Shown here piece by piece: positions 11,472 to 24,636 of a stretch of DNA of 64,000 nt. Numbering within the stretch: the first letter of the stretch is position 1; each line of letters opens with the position of its first letter. A model generated the notes under the pieces. That model made no database searches. It was not told the DNA's origin and was given only the letters and a program-made list of their open reading frames with translations. The translations under genes were made by a program, and so were the position numbers. This stretch comes from Diplonema japonicum (Eukaryota > Protista > Euglenozoa: Diplonemea), in contig OZ025691.1 in NCBI GenBank assembly GCA_964019335.1, forward strand, positions 124,001-188,000. Reading direction: 5' to 3'.

Positions 11472-12304
11472 ATGAGCGGGCCTGCAGGCGACCATGCCGG
11501 TGTACAAATAGCGGGAAGCGGGGACCCTGCTGCGCAGAACAAAACGTTCAGGCCTCAGAAGGACTTCCGGAAGGGGACGGCAAGGTACAACTTGCTGCAG
11601 TTCGCCAAGAGTCTGGTGAGGTCCGGCGATTTGATAAAAGCGGTGAAGCTCCCGGCCGATGTCGAACTGAACCACTGGCTGTCTGTTCACACAGTCGACT
11701 TGTACAACATAACAAACGTGCTCTACGGGTCCATAACTGAGGTTTGGTAAAATAAAAAAATAAAAAAATAAAAAAAAATAATAAAAAAATAGTTTTGTAC
11801 CGCCGACAAATGCCCGGTTATGTCTTCCGGCAAGCGGTACGAGTACCACTGGCGGGATGGCGACCAGTACACTAGAGCAACACGGGTCTCGGCGCCATTG
11901 TATGTGGAGCTTTTGATGGGGTGGATCGAGAAGCAGATTAACGACGAATCGACGTTTCCCACAGAGGAGACGAACCCGTATCCAAGGGACTTTCAAAAGA
12001 GAGTGTCAAACATCATGAAGAGGCTGTTCAGAGTTTACGCGCACATCTACTTCTCTCACTTCGCCCAGATCAAAAGACTTGGGGAAGAAGCCCACCTCAA
12101 TACAGCCTTCAAACACTTCTGTCTCTTCGCCATGGAGTTTCGAGTGGTTGACGCGACAGAGATGCTTCCTGTATGTTGGGAAAAAAAAAAAAAAAGAAAA
12201 AAAAAAAAATACCTAAGGTATACGATTTGATCATCAATCTTATGGGGGACAAGTATGCTTACTACTTTGAAGGGAAACGACCAGCTGGCAAAGCTGATGG
12301 GTGA
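11472..12304 (+). CDS. MOB1: MOB kinase activator MOB1; introns 11742-11792 and 12171-12217
   Basis: KTFRP, AVKLP..ELNHWL, ITE|FCT..CPVMS, KRLFRVYAHIY.SHF and HLNTAFKHF. Both introns restore the frame. Confidence 0.96.
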
Positions 12305-12701
12305 GAAAAGGAAAATGAATAGGGGGAAAAAAAAAAGAAAAGAAGAAGAAAAAAAAAGAAACAATTGGGGGGGGCAAAAAAAAGAATTTGTTCTTTTTCA
12401 TATTTGAGTTCCTAACCTGAGGGGGAAAAAAAAGAAAAAGAAAAAGCTGGGCCGTTTTTTGTTTTTTTTTTGTTTCATGAGGCTGCTATACTTATTCTCT
12501 TTTTTTTTTTTTTTTTTTTTCCGGTTACCCTTCCACCCCCCCTTTTTATTTTGCCCTCTTTTTTTGCCCCCTCAGTTCCTTCATTCTTTTCCCCCTCCCC
12601 CTTCATTTAAAAATCAAAATCACCTCACACAAAAAAGGGGGGGAAACTGGGAGAAAAAAATTTTTAAAAAAAAAATCCCCCCCCTTCCGTAATCTTGATG
12701 T

Positions 12702-15700
12702 ATGTCTCACCAACTTCTGCTCTCACTGCTGTGCTGTGAAGTGTTGGTTGGTGTGGGCGGTGCGACAGGGTATGGGTACGAAACGGAAAGCGTTCCTGTG
12801 AAAGGAGTCCCATTCACTCTAAAGATAGTAGGCGGGGCCGCGAACAGAGCTGCGATCATGAATGGAGACTGCTCGAGAATGACAGTAGTAGGGGAGTGGG
12901 GGATTGTTGACAACATGAAAAGCGTAGAATTCACCGTCCAGCAAGCAGGAAACTTAACTGTATGCGCTGAGATAAGCGCGGGCCAAGTTATCTCAGCAGG
13001 GGTCATATCAGTCGATGAGATTACGTTCACACCGCAGACGGTTTTGAAGCTAACGCAGACCGTAGTCACGTTCAGCAACGCTGCCTCGGACAGCTCCCGT
13101 GTGATGGTTTCTGCTGTGACTTCATGTGATGTAGAGTCAAAGCTCACTGAGCCAGTTCCCATGTTCAACAGAGCGGTCACGATCCTTGTCTCGTCGAGTG
13201 GTTACGTTTGTGTTGAATATGCAACAGGGATGTGGATCAACGCAGGCCGCATCACTGTGTCAGACCCCTTCACGTTTAAGCCCACCGCCGCGCTTCGCAA
13301 TGATGATGTCACCATGGAGCTCACCGGTAACGGGGTCAACCTACGTGTTGCCGTTTCCGAAACGGTTCTTTGCGACTCGTTCGTGCTGCCCCCCGTCGTT
13401 ATGGGTGGGCAGTGGGGTGTCACCGTCACCTTCACCGTTGCCATCCCACCAGGGACCTATTTCATCTGTGTCGAGGTCGTCCCTAGCTCCGACAGCTACA
13501 TCGCCGCAACGGGAGGCTTCATCGTCACTGCTTATACCTTCTCTCCCACTACCATTATCGCCACAGTCCCAGATGTCATCACGCTTGGCGGTGCTGTGAC
13601 CTCTCCCATCACCGGTGTTACCATCCACACCACGTCTTCTTGTGAAAACCCTACTTACGGACCTATCTCCACATCTCAGTTTCGAGCCACGCTCACTATC
13701 CCCAACGCTGGGGACTATTGGGTGTGTATTAAGAAGCCTGACACGCAGCAGTACATTTTGTCTGACAAGCTGACCGTCTCCACGCAGTTCGGGATCCTTG
13801 ATAGCGGCACTGCCGTGCGGGGCATTCCCAGCGAGATCGTCACGACAGGTGGCGCACCGCTTGATGCGGTCGTGAAGTTCACGCTGGATGTGGAGTGTGA
13901 GAAACAAGTCGCGGCGCCCGTGCAAGCTGACGAACGTGTTGTGATGTTCGAGCTTCTTGTCGACGAAGGCCAGTACAGGGTGTGCATCCAGACGACAGAT
14001 CAGAGCAGGTGGGTGCTGAGCGGCGTCGTGGAAGTACGGAACTACGTGGTAACTCCCGTTGGTGCCTTGATCCGCGGGCGGCAGTCGGTCATCGAGTACG
14101 ATGCCTCCACGCCTGGGGAGGGGCTCAATGTAACCTTCGCTCGACGGTTCCTGGCTTCCGACGCATGCGTGGGAAGTACGCAGACAGAAGTCCTCAACGT
14201 AATATCTTTCCCTCCCGTCGAGGAAACCACCATCAAATTCCCTCTTGCTGGCGCATGGGACCTGTGTACAGGCCCCCCACCATCCGTGCGTCTGGGATCG
14301 GTCACAGTCGGCACTGAATACACCTTCCTCCCTTACACGGGCATTGTCAACACACCCTTTGTTATCCAGTTCGGTCAAAGCGTTCCTGTGGGTTCTGCGG
14401 TTTTCTTGCAGAGCAAATTCGTAGCCAACGCTTCCTGTTCGGAGGCTACAACAAGTGAGCTACAAAGCCAGACAACCACCCGTGATGACAAAACGGCCTT
14501 TTTCTACTTCTCAAGCAGCGTCTATGCCGAGGGCACGTATCGTGTGTGTGTTGACAGCGGCATGCTAGACACAGGCGCCGAGTTCATTGAAGCGGAGGGA
14601 GAAGTCGCTCTGCACGGCATAACTGCTTTCAGGGACGAGATCGTTGCCAACACCTCAAAGGGCATCGTGCTGGAGGGCTGGCCCCTGAACTACGAGCTGC
14701 AGTACACGACGGAAAGCCCGCCTGTTCAAATAGTGCGCACACACCCTGTCAAAGTAACGCGCGGTAAGGATTGCATCACAGGGGAGATATTGCTGGAAAC
14801 AGCCACCAATTTGCAGCAGGGCGTGCAACTGGAGATCTCCGAGGCTAACATCGAGGTGGCTGTCTGCGTTGCTATACCTGTGTCACCGTACCTAACGACC
14901 GCGGAGAGGGACCAGTATGGTGTGGAGGGGATGAACTCACCGGTGGCATGGCTGCAGGCTGCCTTTATTGATGTGTCAGAGCCGATCATCATTGTGCCCC
15001 CGCCTACGCCAGTGCCCACGCCTCTACCGACGCCTGTGCCCACCCCTATACCAATAACTGCTGAGCCTGGGAGCTCGACCGAGTCACCGACGCAAACACC
15101 TAAAACAGAGGCACCCTTGACAGATGCACCGCACACTCCTTCACCCCCGCTTGGAGAAGACACTGTTATTAAGCACATTCCCTTTGACGTGAAACTTGGC
15201 GGGAGCGCGGTTGAGGGGATGATGGTGAAACTGGCGCTCGATTCGTCTTGTAACCACACATCGCCGGATGGTGTGGCGAGGCCCTTGAATGCTACGAACC
15301 ACGCGACCTTCACAATCCACAGTGAGGAGCTGGTCTATTTGTGCGCATTCGCAGCGACATCCCAATGGATCCTCCTCATCGAGTATACTGTAGTGTCCAT
15401 GGAGCTCCCTGTGACAGAGGTCTTCAAAGGGAACCCTGAGCCGCGTGACCTGTTCATTGAGAACGGTGTGTTCGCTGGCGTGACGAAAGTGGTGATTTTC
15501 GATGGTGATGAGTGTGCGGGACAGGCACAGTCGCAGCCGGTGGACTTTCAGCCCCAAGGGATGTTTGCAGCAAGTATCTTCAGCGCTGTGTCGAGTAAGG
15601 GTCTGGTATGCGGGTTCGTGCCGTCAGTGGGATACGTGAAAGTGGGGTATACCACGAACATCCCTCTTCCTGAAGTGGTGCTGACTGTCGCACCGTCGCG

Positions 15701-18700
15701 ATTGGTCCCATGGAACGTGAGCCTAACAGGGCTGGAAGATGCACAACAGATGGATGGCATCACAATCAGGCAGGATGGTTGTGAAGTAGGCGTGACAGTC
15801 AGCGGAGGTGGCAAACGTGACATCGGCCCAGGCCCTTCGACATTCACGATCAACATCCCTGCTGGCGAGCAGGTGCTTGTGTGCGCCTCGTACCGCAATG
15901 GCGAGGCGTACCTGCTGCCTGTCGGCCAGTTCCTCATGAAAGACTTCTTTGCTCCGTTGACCTTCCTGCGTGGGAATAACGACACCTTGCGTCTGGGGCC
16001 GCTAACAGCCGACACTTCCCTTATCATCGCGAACGACAGCCTTTGCACTACAGTGCTGTACGGTCCCGTTCCCGTGTCTGCTGGCATTGAAGAGTCGACT
16101 GCCTTCATCACCCCCCCTTCAGGGGGATATGTCTGCCTGCAGGAAGTGCAAACGCAATCTCGCCATGGCAGCGCCCTCGCAGACCAGTGGTACGAGGTGG
16201 GCATCATCACCGTCATCGACGCCTTCACAGTTGGCTCGCCCACCTTGGTGTCCCCAGGAGTCCCGTTTACTGTCGAGGTGCGCACTGATCCTAACAGAGG
16301 CAACCGGGTGATGATATCAGCCGACTCGTCCTGCAGCACTCCTGTCGACGGGGGTGCATGGAAGACATTGGATGGCAGCAACGTGCAGTTCAGTCTCACT
16401 ACAGCTGGGAACGTAGTCGTGTGCGTGTCGACTGCCGACGAGACTAACTGGATCCCCGCAAACTCCATCCTGCTGCTGTCGTACGATCTGCCCTTCTCAA
16501 GCATTTTGTGCTGTGTTGACGGGCAGACGAAATCCGACCTCCCTGTGAAGGAAGGTGTGATTTCCTTCTCCGCAACACCACAATGTACCCCGCCCCTTTT
16601 GTACGCGTCACCAATTGTAAACTTCACAGCCTCTCTCCTCATCCCCGTAGCAAACCCGGAGATATGGGGTTGTATTGATGGCTTGCCTGCAGGTTCGTTG
16701 TTAGTTGAGGAGATTCCCAATCTGCAACTAAGCTACCAACCGGTGTACGAATCAAATCCTGTGGAATTGACTCTACGACACGCTACCTTGTCAAACCTTA
16801 GCATGTACATTGGCCCCGGTGCTTCTTGTGATGCTGCAGATGATCGACGCCCTGCCACGACAGTGTTCGCCCCTCCTATACCTGGCGCATATGTTGTGTG
16901 TGCGATGCTGTCAAGCTTCACTGATTTCATTTTCGAGGTGGGTAGTATAGATGCACGTCCGTTCATCACCGACGTGCCAAGCATCATGGCCACGCGTCCC
17001 AGCACTCTACAGCTCCCGGTCATACCTAACATGTCTTGGAACGTGGCGTTGAGGAGCGTGTCGTGTGAGGGGTCTGTGCTGTTTGGGCCTGCTCTCGTAA
17101 GCTCGAGCTTTGACTTCGTGATCGGGAATAATAGTGTTGCCCCCAGCGTGGTGGCATGCCTTGTGAACACAAAGACAAACAACCTGTACGTGTCACCACA
17201 CATGACCATTGCGTACACGTGGGATATATCGGTAGCGTCGCTGAACCTCACAGCGAACTACATGATGCCTGTGGATATTGTCGGGGCGGTACAGGATGCA
17301 AAGGTCTTCATCCAACTTTTCAGAAGCGATGCTGTGTGCAATGTTAATAACAAGATAGACAACATCGGGAACTACACACATGAACAGGTGCAGGTCACAG
17401 TACCCGCCGGGGAATGGCAGGTGTGTGTCGAGGTAGTTGCCGACACTAATGTGTTCCACGCTGCGGGGCACCTCACTGCCCACGATGTCTCTATCACTGT
17501 GCCTGCAAACATCAGTGCGTGCGAGCCATTTGCCGTTCTCATCAATGGTGCAGGGACAAACATCACAAGCACGTCTCTTGACCTCCGCAATGGGCTGCCG
17601 TTCACAAATACGTGTTGCGGCGATGCCAACGCCGCATCCATACACCCAGGGAAGATGTCCCTGCCGATCGGAAAGGCACTGCAAGCGACGTTTCACATCT
17701 CGTCATCGATATCCCACGGGTTGCTTTTCTGCCTTGCTACAGATGATAATCTATGTCTTGAGCTTGGGTCACTCCCGCGGGGCATTCCTGACACTGCTTG
17801 CTACACACCTCAGCCCACTGTCGCGGTAACCGACAGGAGGATCGGCGGTGCTATAGACCCGACCTCCTCGGAAGACGTCTCGCAGACAGGTATAATTTTA
17901 ATCGTCCTCGCTGTCATTGTGGTGTTGCTGGTGTGTCTTGCATGCGGTTGGAAATTCTTTTGGCAGACCCCTAAAAAGAAGCCTGCTGCAAAGCCGATAA
18001 ATAATCAGCTGAACAGGTCTAACGACAGTGTGCTCTACAGCATCAACGCCTCGGCCCGCAGCATCAGCAAACCAACTACAGCCTTCAACCCGCAGACATA
18101 CCTCTCTACCAACAGCAGTCCCAATGCCGCTTCGACACCTTCCAAATTCATGAACTTCGGTGGCACAATCTCCACCCACAGAAGCACCTTCGACTCAGCG
18201 ACTCCAGGACGTCTGGAGGTGTCCCGTGTAGAGGTGAACGAGTCGCAGGAGGCGACCCTTGGGAACGTTACTCTCCAAGTGCCTCAGGTGTCCATCTACA
18301 GTTCTGCAGAGTACCCGAACACGTCTCTTGAGAGACTCACAAACGCCACACCGCCCTCGGGCCAGCCCTTCCTGCCGCACCCCAATGCTGCCGTTGCCGA
18401 CAATGGATCTATCTACAAGTCCAGCGTCTCCCCTTCTATTTACAACCCAGGCTCCCCGCGTGGCACTTCGTCCCTGGCATACATACCTGTCTCGTCCCCG
18501 TCGACACATGTTTACAGCCCTGTCCAAGCTGCAGGGCCAGCAACAAACCCCCTCTCGCTGTACGTGGTTCCGCCCCCACCACTGCATCCTGCGGCACCTC
18601 AACTCTCTACGACCACGCCCACATCCAGACCCCCCACCGCGCGTTCGTCTGACCGCGGAGGTGGCACACCGAGGGCGTTTCAAGCTGAATCAGATGCTAT

Positions 18701-20446
18701 GCATAGGAGATGGGCGTCGCTGCTTGCATCAGAGAGGATCGAACAGGAGGTGGCCGAAGACGTGCGGAGAAGTACTGTGATCAACGAAGAAGAGTCCGAG
18801 AGGGGTATCATCAACAATGAGGTCATGCATCAGCTGAATGTGGTAGAGGCGGTGCGACAGGAAACGATGAAGCGTGAGAGCAGGGCGAATAAGGAACACG
18901 AGCAGGCACTGCAGCAGGCCAGCAACTTGGCTGACCGACGGGAGGCCTTGGAGAAGGAGGCACGAGAGGAAGAGAAAAAGGTGTTACAGACACAAGAACA
19001 AGCACAGAAGGAGGCGCAAAGAACGGAAATGGAAAGAGAAGAGAAGGAAGCGGCTGAGAGAAAAGAGAGTCAGAAGAATAATGAACGGGAGACGGAGAAA
19101 GCTTCGCGACGAGAAACTGATGTTGCAAGACAGGAAAGGGCGGAGACAGCAAGGCAGCTGGACAGACATATGAAGGATACCAGCCTGGATCTGCATCGAC
19201 TGCTTGGGGGGGCACAACGCGAAGAGAAGGCGCTCCGAGAAGCAATCGTAGCTGACGAGGAGCAGACACGTGCGAACGCAGAAGAGTTGCGAAACAGCAA
19301 CTACGAAACGGTAACAGCCCTCCTCAAAAGGCTGCAGCACGAATGCACAGAACGGCAGAAGGCACAGCAGCAGCAAACAGCAAGCTTGACATCCTTCGAA
19401 GACGAGGTACGGGAGCAGGAGGCGTCCGTGGAGGCTGCCGAGCGTGAGAAAATAGTCAATACGGCCGCAGCCGATGTTCTGAAACGGAAACAGATCGACG
19501 ACCTGCTTGCCAGGCAGAAAACACTTGAAGACGACAGAAGAAAAGAGAGAGCAAAACAACAAAGGTGTGAAAAAGTGCACAACACGACATAACACAAACA
19601 CGACAGGGAGAGCGATGATGCAAAGCTGATCCTTGACGAGGACAAACGAAAACTGGACCTGCAGAGGCTGAAACTGGAGGAGCAAAAGCTGTTGCTGGTG
19701 GCTGCAAAACAGGCGCAAGAGGTAATGCCATAGCTAAAACACAACACCCTTCCCACATCACTTTTCATAGGAGGAGCTTGCTGCGAACCGAGCCGAGATG
19801 GCGAAGAAGACCGCAGAGCAAGAACAACGTGCCATCGAGGACAACTTGCTCTTATCGGAGCGGGCGGCACAGGTGCGGCTGGGCGAGGAACGCGCGCGGA
19901 AAGAAGTTGAAACAGAGCGAAAAAGACTCGAAGTGGACAGGATAGAACAGGAGCGGATGAAAAACGAGTATGTGGCCATCACTGTGCCTCCATCTTCCAT
20001 CATTCTACAGAGCTGAAGAAGAACGAAAACGACATGAAGCCGCCGCGAAGAAAGCAGAGACCAGGAAAAAAGAGCAGGAAGATGCATTGGCTGAAGAACG
20101 GGAGAAGGCACACCAAGACTGGTTGAAACAAGTCGAAAAGACGCAAGAAGAAGCTTCTCAGCGGCATGAGGTGGAACTATGTGCTTGGGGGGCATGGGAT
20201 AAGCTGTTGAAAGGCTTTCAGGAAGGAGCTGATAAAGTAGGCGAACCCGCAAAAGCTGGGAAAAAAGCACAAGAAAGGCAGGCTGCCGAGCGCGGCCAAG
20301 ACTTAGCTGCTATTGGTGGAACCTACTACCGTTCCAGAAGGGACAGGCTCAAAGACACTGCCAGTGAGCTTCTCGATACTCTTTCTTTGCTTACATCTCT
20401 TAACTTAGAAACCCACACCCCCCCACGGACCCGCCCCCCCATCTAA
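12702..20446 (+). CDS. Giant type-I membrane protein: signal peptide, many Cys-containing beta-sandwich-like repeats, Pro/Thr linker, TM helix and long cytoplasmic coiled coil; introns 19565-19606, 19722-19770 and 19968-20010
   Basis: The 2296-aa ORF continues through three frame-restoring GT-AG introns. Recurring C..(G.Y.VC) units of ~85-100 aa; TM helix GIILIVLAVIVVLLVCLACGW. Confidence 0.88.
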
Positions 20447-21134
20447 AATTAAACCTGTATTGTTGTTACGTTCCTCCCAAAAAAAAAAAAGTATTATTAA
20501 AAATCCCCCCCTCTCCCCTCTTTTGAATAAAAAGATCTGCATCTCTTGTTCCCTTTTTTTCAGATCCAGACCCCCCCCCCCCCAACCATTGTTTCAATTG
20601 TTTATGATTTGTTTTGTACTCTTTAAGAAAAAAAAAACGAAAAAGAGAGACAGAAAGGGGGGAGGGGAAGATCAGCGATCGAAAACGACAACAAAAAATG
20701 AACGCCACGGGGGGAGTGAGGGACGAGCGAAATACCTATCTTCACTGCACCTGAACACCGTGTGAATGTGGGTCGCTCTCTAATTTTCGTTGTCCCCCAC
20801 CCAAAAAAAAAAAACAACTTTTTTATCTGTTCCTTACTCCAGTTAAAACCATATAAGTTTTGAGAGGTATTTCGAAAAGAAAATGGAGCTACCCGAAGCA
20901 TTCATTCGTTGTTGCTGTTAAAGTCTCCTTTTCCTTCTCTCTTCTTTTTGTTTTCTTTGCTCATTCCCCCCCCCCCCCCCCCCCTCTTTCGTCAAGAAAA
21001 AACTCCCCCTCACCCCCATTCCCCTCTCTTCCTTTTTCCTCTCTTTCCTGTCACGACTAAAAACACTCACAGTTGGGGCCGGCGGGGGGCGATATATAAA
21101 AAAAAAAAAAAAAAGAAGAAGAAGAAGGAGGAAA

Positions 21135-21387
21135 ATGAATTTAGTTTTCGCTGACCAGGGGCTGGCTGAGATGGACCTATCTAAAATGGTAGGTAGTAAA
21201 GAAGTATGTTATTTTTGTTTCTTTCTTTTTTTTTTTTTTTCTCTTTTTTTTCCCCCCCCCTGTTTATTTTCAAATCACCCTCCTCTACAGGATTTCGCAG
21301 CCCTAGCCGTGGTGAAACTCTTGAATGTCAGCAACAATAGACTGACGAAGGTCGCAGGATTACAGCCGCTGAGGTATTAATGGGGAG

Positions 21388-21429
<42 letters not shown>

Positions 21430-22110
21430 ACAGTTCTGTCACGCACGTGAATATTTGCAGGAACAAGTTGGTTTCCCTCCGTGGTCTGCCCTTGTCCATT
21501 GTGCATTTGGACGTTAGCCACAACGAGCTTGCGTCAATAGAAGCCCTCTCTGTCCTCTCGTGTCTGCAAGTTCTCGACATCTCACACAACAAAATCTCAT
21601 CACTTGCCGGGTTGAACCGACAGGCCCCGCTCCGGTCGCTGAAGGCCTCCTACAACTTCATCACTTCTCTCCAACCCATGAAGTCCGTCAACCTGAACAC
21701 GTTGAGAACACTGTCCGTTGACAGCAACTACATAGCCGACCCCAAGGAGCTGCGCATGCTGCCGCTCTTCGGCGGGCTCACAAAGCTGAACCTCACTCTG
21801 AACCCTTTCGTGCAGAAGTATCCCAACTACCAGTCCAGCATCATCGCGTCACTTCCCTCGATGCAGGTTTGTGTTTTCGTTTTGTTTTTGTTCCAACTTG
21901 CAACAGGTCCTTGACGGTATCTCGATCCGCTCGGCCAACAGCAGTGTACTTGGCAAGCAGGTCCGCGTGGACCCTGTAGCAAACATCTCTGAAAGCCCCC
22001 TGCGGGGTGTTGCCGCTGCAGACCTATCTGTTACAACAACGACCGCGCAGTTGGGCAACAACAGTACATTCGCCACAGATAGGCCGTCGAGCATACGGGG
22101 GAACAACAGC

Positions 22111-22156
<46 letters not shown>

Positions 22157-23226
22157 CCAACAGCAGCATGCGGCGCACGCCGTCCCTTCCCATCCACAGT
22201 CAAATGGAGGACACCACGTTGGATGGGAAACGGAACGGTGCCGCTGCACCACCAGCCTTCCGGACACCTTTGGAAGAGTCCCGGTTGCGTGACTTACTGG
22301 AAGCGACCAAGAAGCTACCCCCACCGAGAATAGACGGCCCGCAGGTAGGGAGTCGCCGTGAAAAGACAAATCAAGCAAAGCAACGTGAGCACCCACGCGA
22401 GGCACGCGAGACACGGCACGTAGAATGCGCAGACGAAAGCGTCGATGAAGCATTGGACATCATGAAGGTCAACAAGGAGCGGAGGCTGCAGATACAAGTC
22501 GAGGAGCTGAAACGGCTGCTAGCAGAGTCGCAGACAAAGTCGGCGATGCTAGAGAGGGACTACTACAAAAAGGCGGAAGAGGTCTCAGGCGCGAACAAGA
22601 TAATCGCCGACCAGCGAAGGATGATGGCGGAGTGCAGGGACGAGAACAAGAAACTACGGGAGAAATACGGGAGCTTGAAGGAGAAGGCGGACAAAGTAAC
22701 AAGAGAGTTCAGATACTCTAGGCAAACAAACACGAATTTAAAACAGCAATTGGACGTTCTTAACACAGAGCTTCTGTTGTCCCCTAGGAGGGGTGAGGTC
22801 GAGAGGGCTGCTGCTATCTTATCTGTTCCGCCGCCTCCTTCAAGAAGAGGGAACACACCAAAGCGAGAAAAGGGTCAGGCAACGCCAGCTGGGAGACGAC
22901 GTGCTGCCACGCCGCCCTCCCGGCCTTTAGGCAAGGTTTCGGGTGCGGCAGGTGGCGGGGGCAATGTGAGCCATCCCAACTCCCTCCTTCACGCCACCCC
23001 GAAAATAGCCCCTACAAATTCCTCCCGACGGTCGCTCTCAAATACGTCGCATGAGATCACTCAAAGGCTGCTACACCTTTCTTTTTCTGATGAACCCCTT
23101 CAAGAGCCCCGCCGTCCAGCCACACCTACTAATTTTGGTTTCAGAGACAGAGCCTCTGAACCGTCGCAATCCAAGACGCTTTCTCATATTTCCCCTCCGA
23201 AACCTTCAAGAAGCCAGCATTATTGA
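21135..23226 (+). CDS. Leucine-rich-repeat (SDS22-like, with LRR cap) plus coiled-coil protein; introns 21189-21290, 21374-21433 and 21867-21906
   Basis: LxxLxLxxNxL repeats and cap NPF..YQ..II..LP.MQVLDG. The introns restore the frame. Confidence 0.88.
22102..22166 (+). repeat. (AAC)n microsatellite encoding poly-Asn
   Basis: Direct trinucleotide repeat within the LRR gene CDS. Confidence 0.9.
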
Positions 23227-23263
23227 AGTTGCTGACGGGAAAAAATATATTTGCAACGATAGA

Positions 23264-23294
<31 letters not shown>

Positions 23295-23451
23295 AAAGAA
23301 AAGTTGAAGCGAGAAAAAAAAAAAAAAAAAAAAAAAGAACGAACGCAAAAAAAAAAGAGGGTGAAGAAGAAAGAAAATAGTTAGAATTTCCTCTTTCTAT
23401 TAATTGTACAATGGGGTGTTGGGGGGGGAGGGAGGGGAGGGGGATTTTAAA

Positions 23452-23688
23452 CCATTAAAGGACGAAGCGCTAGATATTAGTACATCCGCCATGTTTCGCG
23501 GAATATCCTATTTACAGATAGATTTTTTTGCAATTAAAAAAAAAAATACACTTCAATCCCATAATCTATCGCGTGTCTTATTTATGTGGGGCCGTTTAGC
23601 TATGGTTGCATGCTCGAGGATGTTTTAAACCTTTAGTAAATATTTTTTTTTTTTTTAAAAAAAAGCTCCGTCCCCGGTCCTTTAATGG
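23452..23688. mobile_element. Non-autonomous piggyBac-like MITE
   Basis: TIR CCATTAAAGGAC / GTCCTTTAATGG. The right end is flanked by TTAA and the left by TTAAA. Confidence 0.65.
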
Positions 23689-23796
23689 TTAACAAAAAAA
23701 GTTTAGAATCCACATTTTTTTACCTTGTGAATGTTATTAGAACGAGTAGGGTGTTCCCCCCCCCTTTTTTTTCTTCTTTTTTTCAAGAAAAAAAGA

Positions 23797-23902
23797 CCTA
23801 GTTGTTTAGGCGGCGCAATGAGCAATCTTTTTTTTTTTTTTTTTTTTAAAGGGTGAAAAAGAAATAACGTTCGCGTGCAAACAAAATGGAACGCCAAACT
23901 AG
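23797..23902 (+). mobile_element. Mini Helitron-like repeat (diverged copy)
   Basis: Starts CTAGTTG..GGCGGCGCAAT and ends CGCCAAACTAG|T, similar to 40006-40084 and 48658-48722. Confidence 0.45.
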
Positions 23903-23957
23903 TTTTTTTTTTTTGTCCCCCCGCCCGCCCGATATTATAGAGTTTTAGATTTCATGC

Positions 23958-23993
<36 letters not shown>

Positions 23994-24125
23994 ACTTCTC
24001 CCCTGGTTTTTTTTTTTTTTCTCTTAACCGCCCCCTTCTTTCCCCTTTCGCGTCATTCTTTCATTTTTTTTTTTTTTTTCACAACATTTTCACAAAGTTC
24101 TCACAGGTATGGGGAGAGGGCTCAC

Positions 24126-24485
24126 ATGGAACAGAAGGATGCTCAAGCAGAAAAGCAAGTGTGGCAAGGGGGCTTGGTGCTGTGCCATGAGGACTGCGGC
24201 GGGTGCATCGTTGTAGCATGCTGCTACCCTGCAGCTGCCGCGCAGACAAAAACTGCATTCGACGGGACCTCATTTGCGCTGAACTGTTTGCTGTCGTGCT
24301 TCTGTCCCTGTTTCACGTCCACCCTCTTTCGCAACGAGATCCGAATAGGCTACGGCATACATGGGCATTGGTGGCAAGACTGTCTTGAAGGCCACTGTTG
24401 CTGCTGCTGCAGCACCTGCCAGCTATCAAGAGAAGTGGTTCACCGAGGCTCCGTTCACGTCGACCCCCTGGTGGCTTTGATGTAA
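24126..24485 (+). CDS. PLAC8-family Cys-rich protein
   Basis: WQGGL..C.ED...C..ACCYP, R..IR..YGI.G...DCL..CCCCCSTCQL.RE. Confidence 0.92.
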   Translation: MEQKDAQAEKQVWQGGLVLCHEDCGGCIVVACCYPAAAAQTKTAFDGTSFALNCLLSCFCPCFTSTLFRNEIRIGYGIHGHWWQDCLEGHCCCCCSTCQLSREVVHRGSVHVDPLVALM

Positions 24486-24636
24486 AAGAAAGAAAAAAAA
24501 AAAAGAAAAGAAAAGAAAAAAGGGCGGATTGTTTACACAATTCATTTTTTTTTTTTCTTTCTCTTTTCCACAGTGTGTGTATGATTTTTGAGTTTGGCTT
24601 GAATCCATCTCATCTATTCCAGGGTGCACCGGTTCC

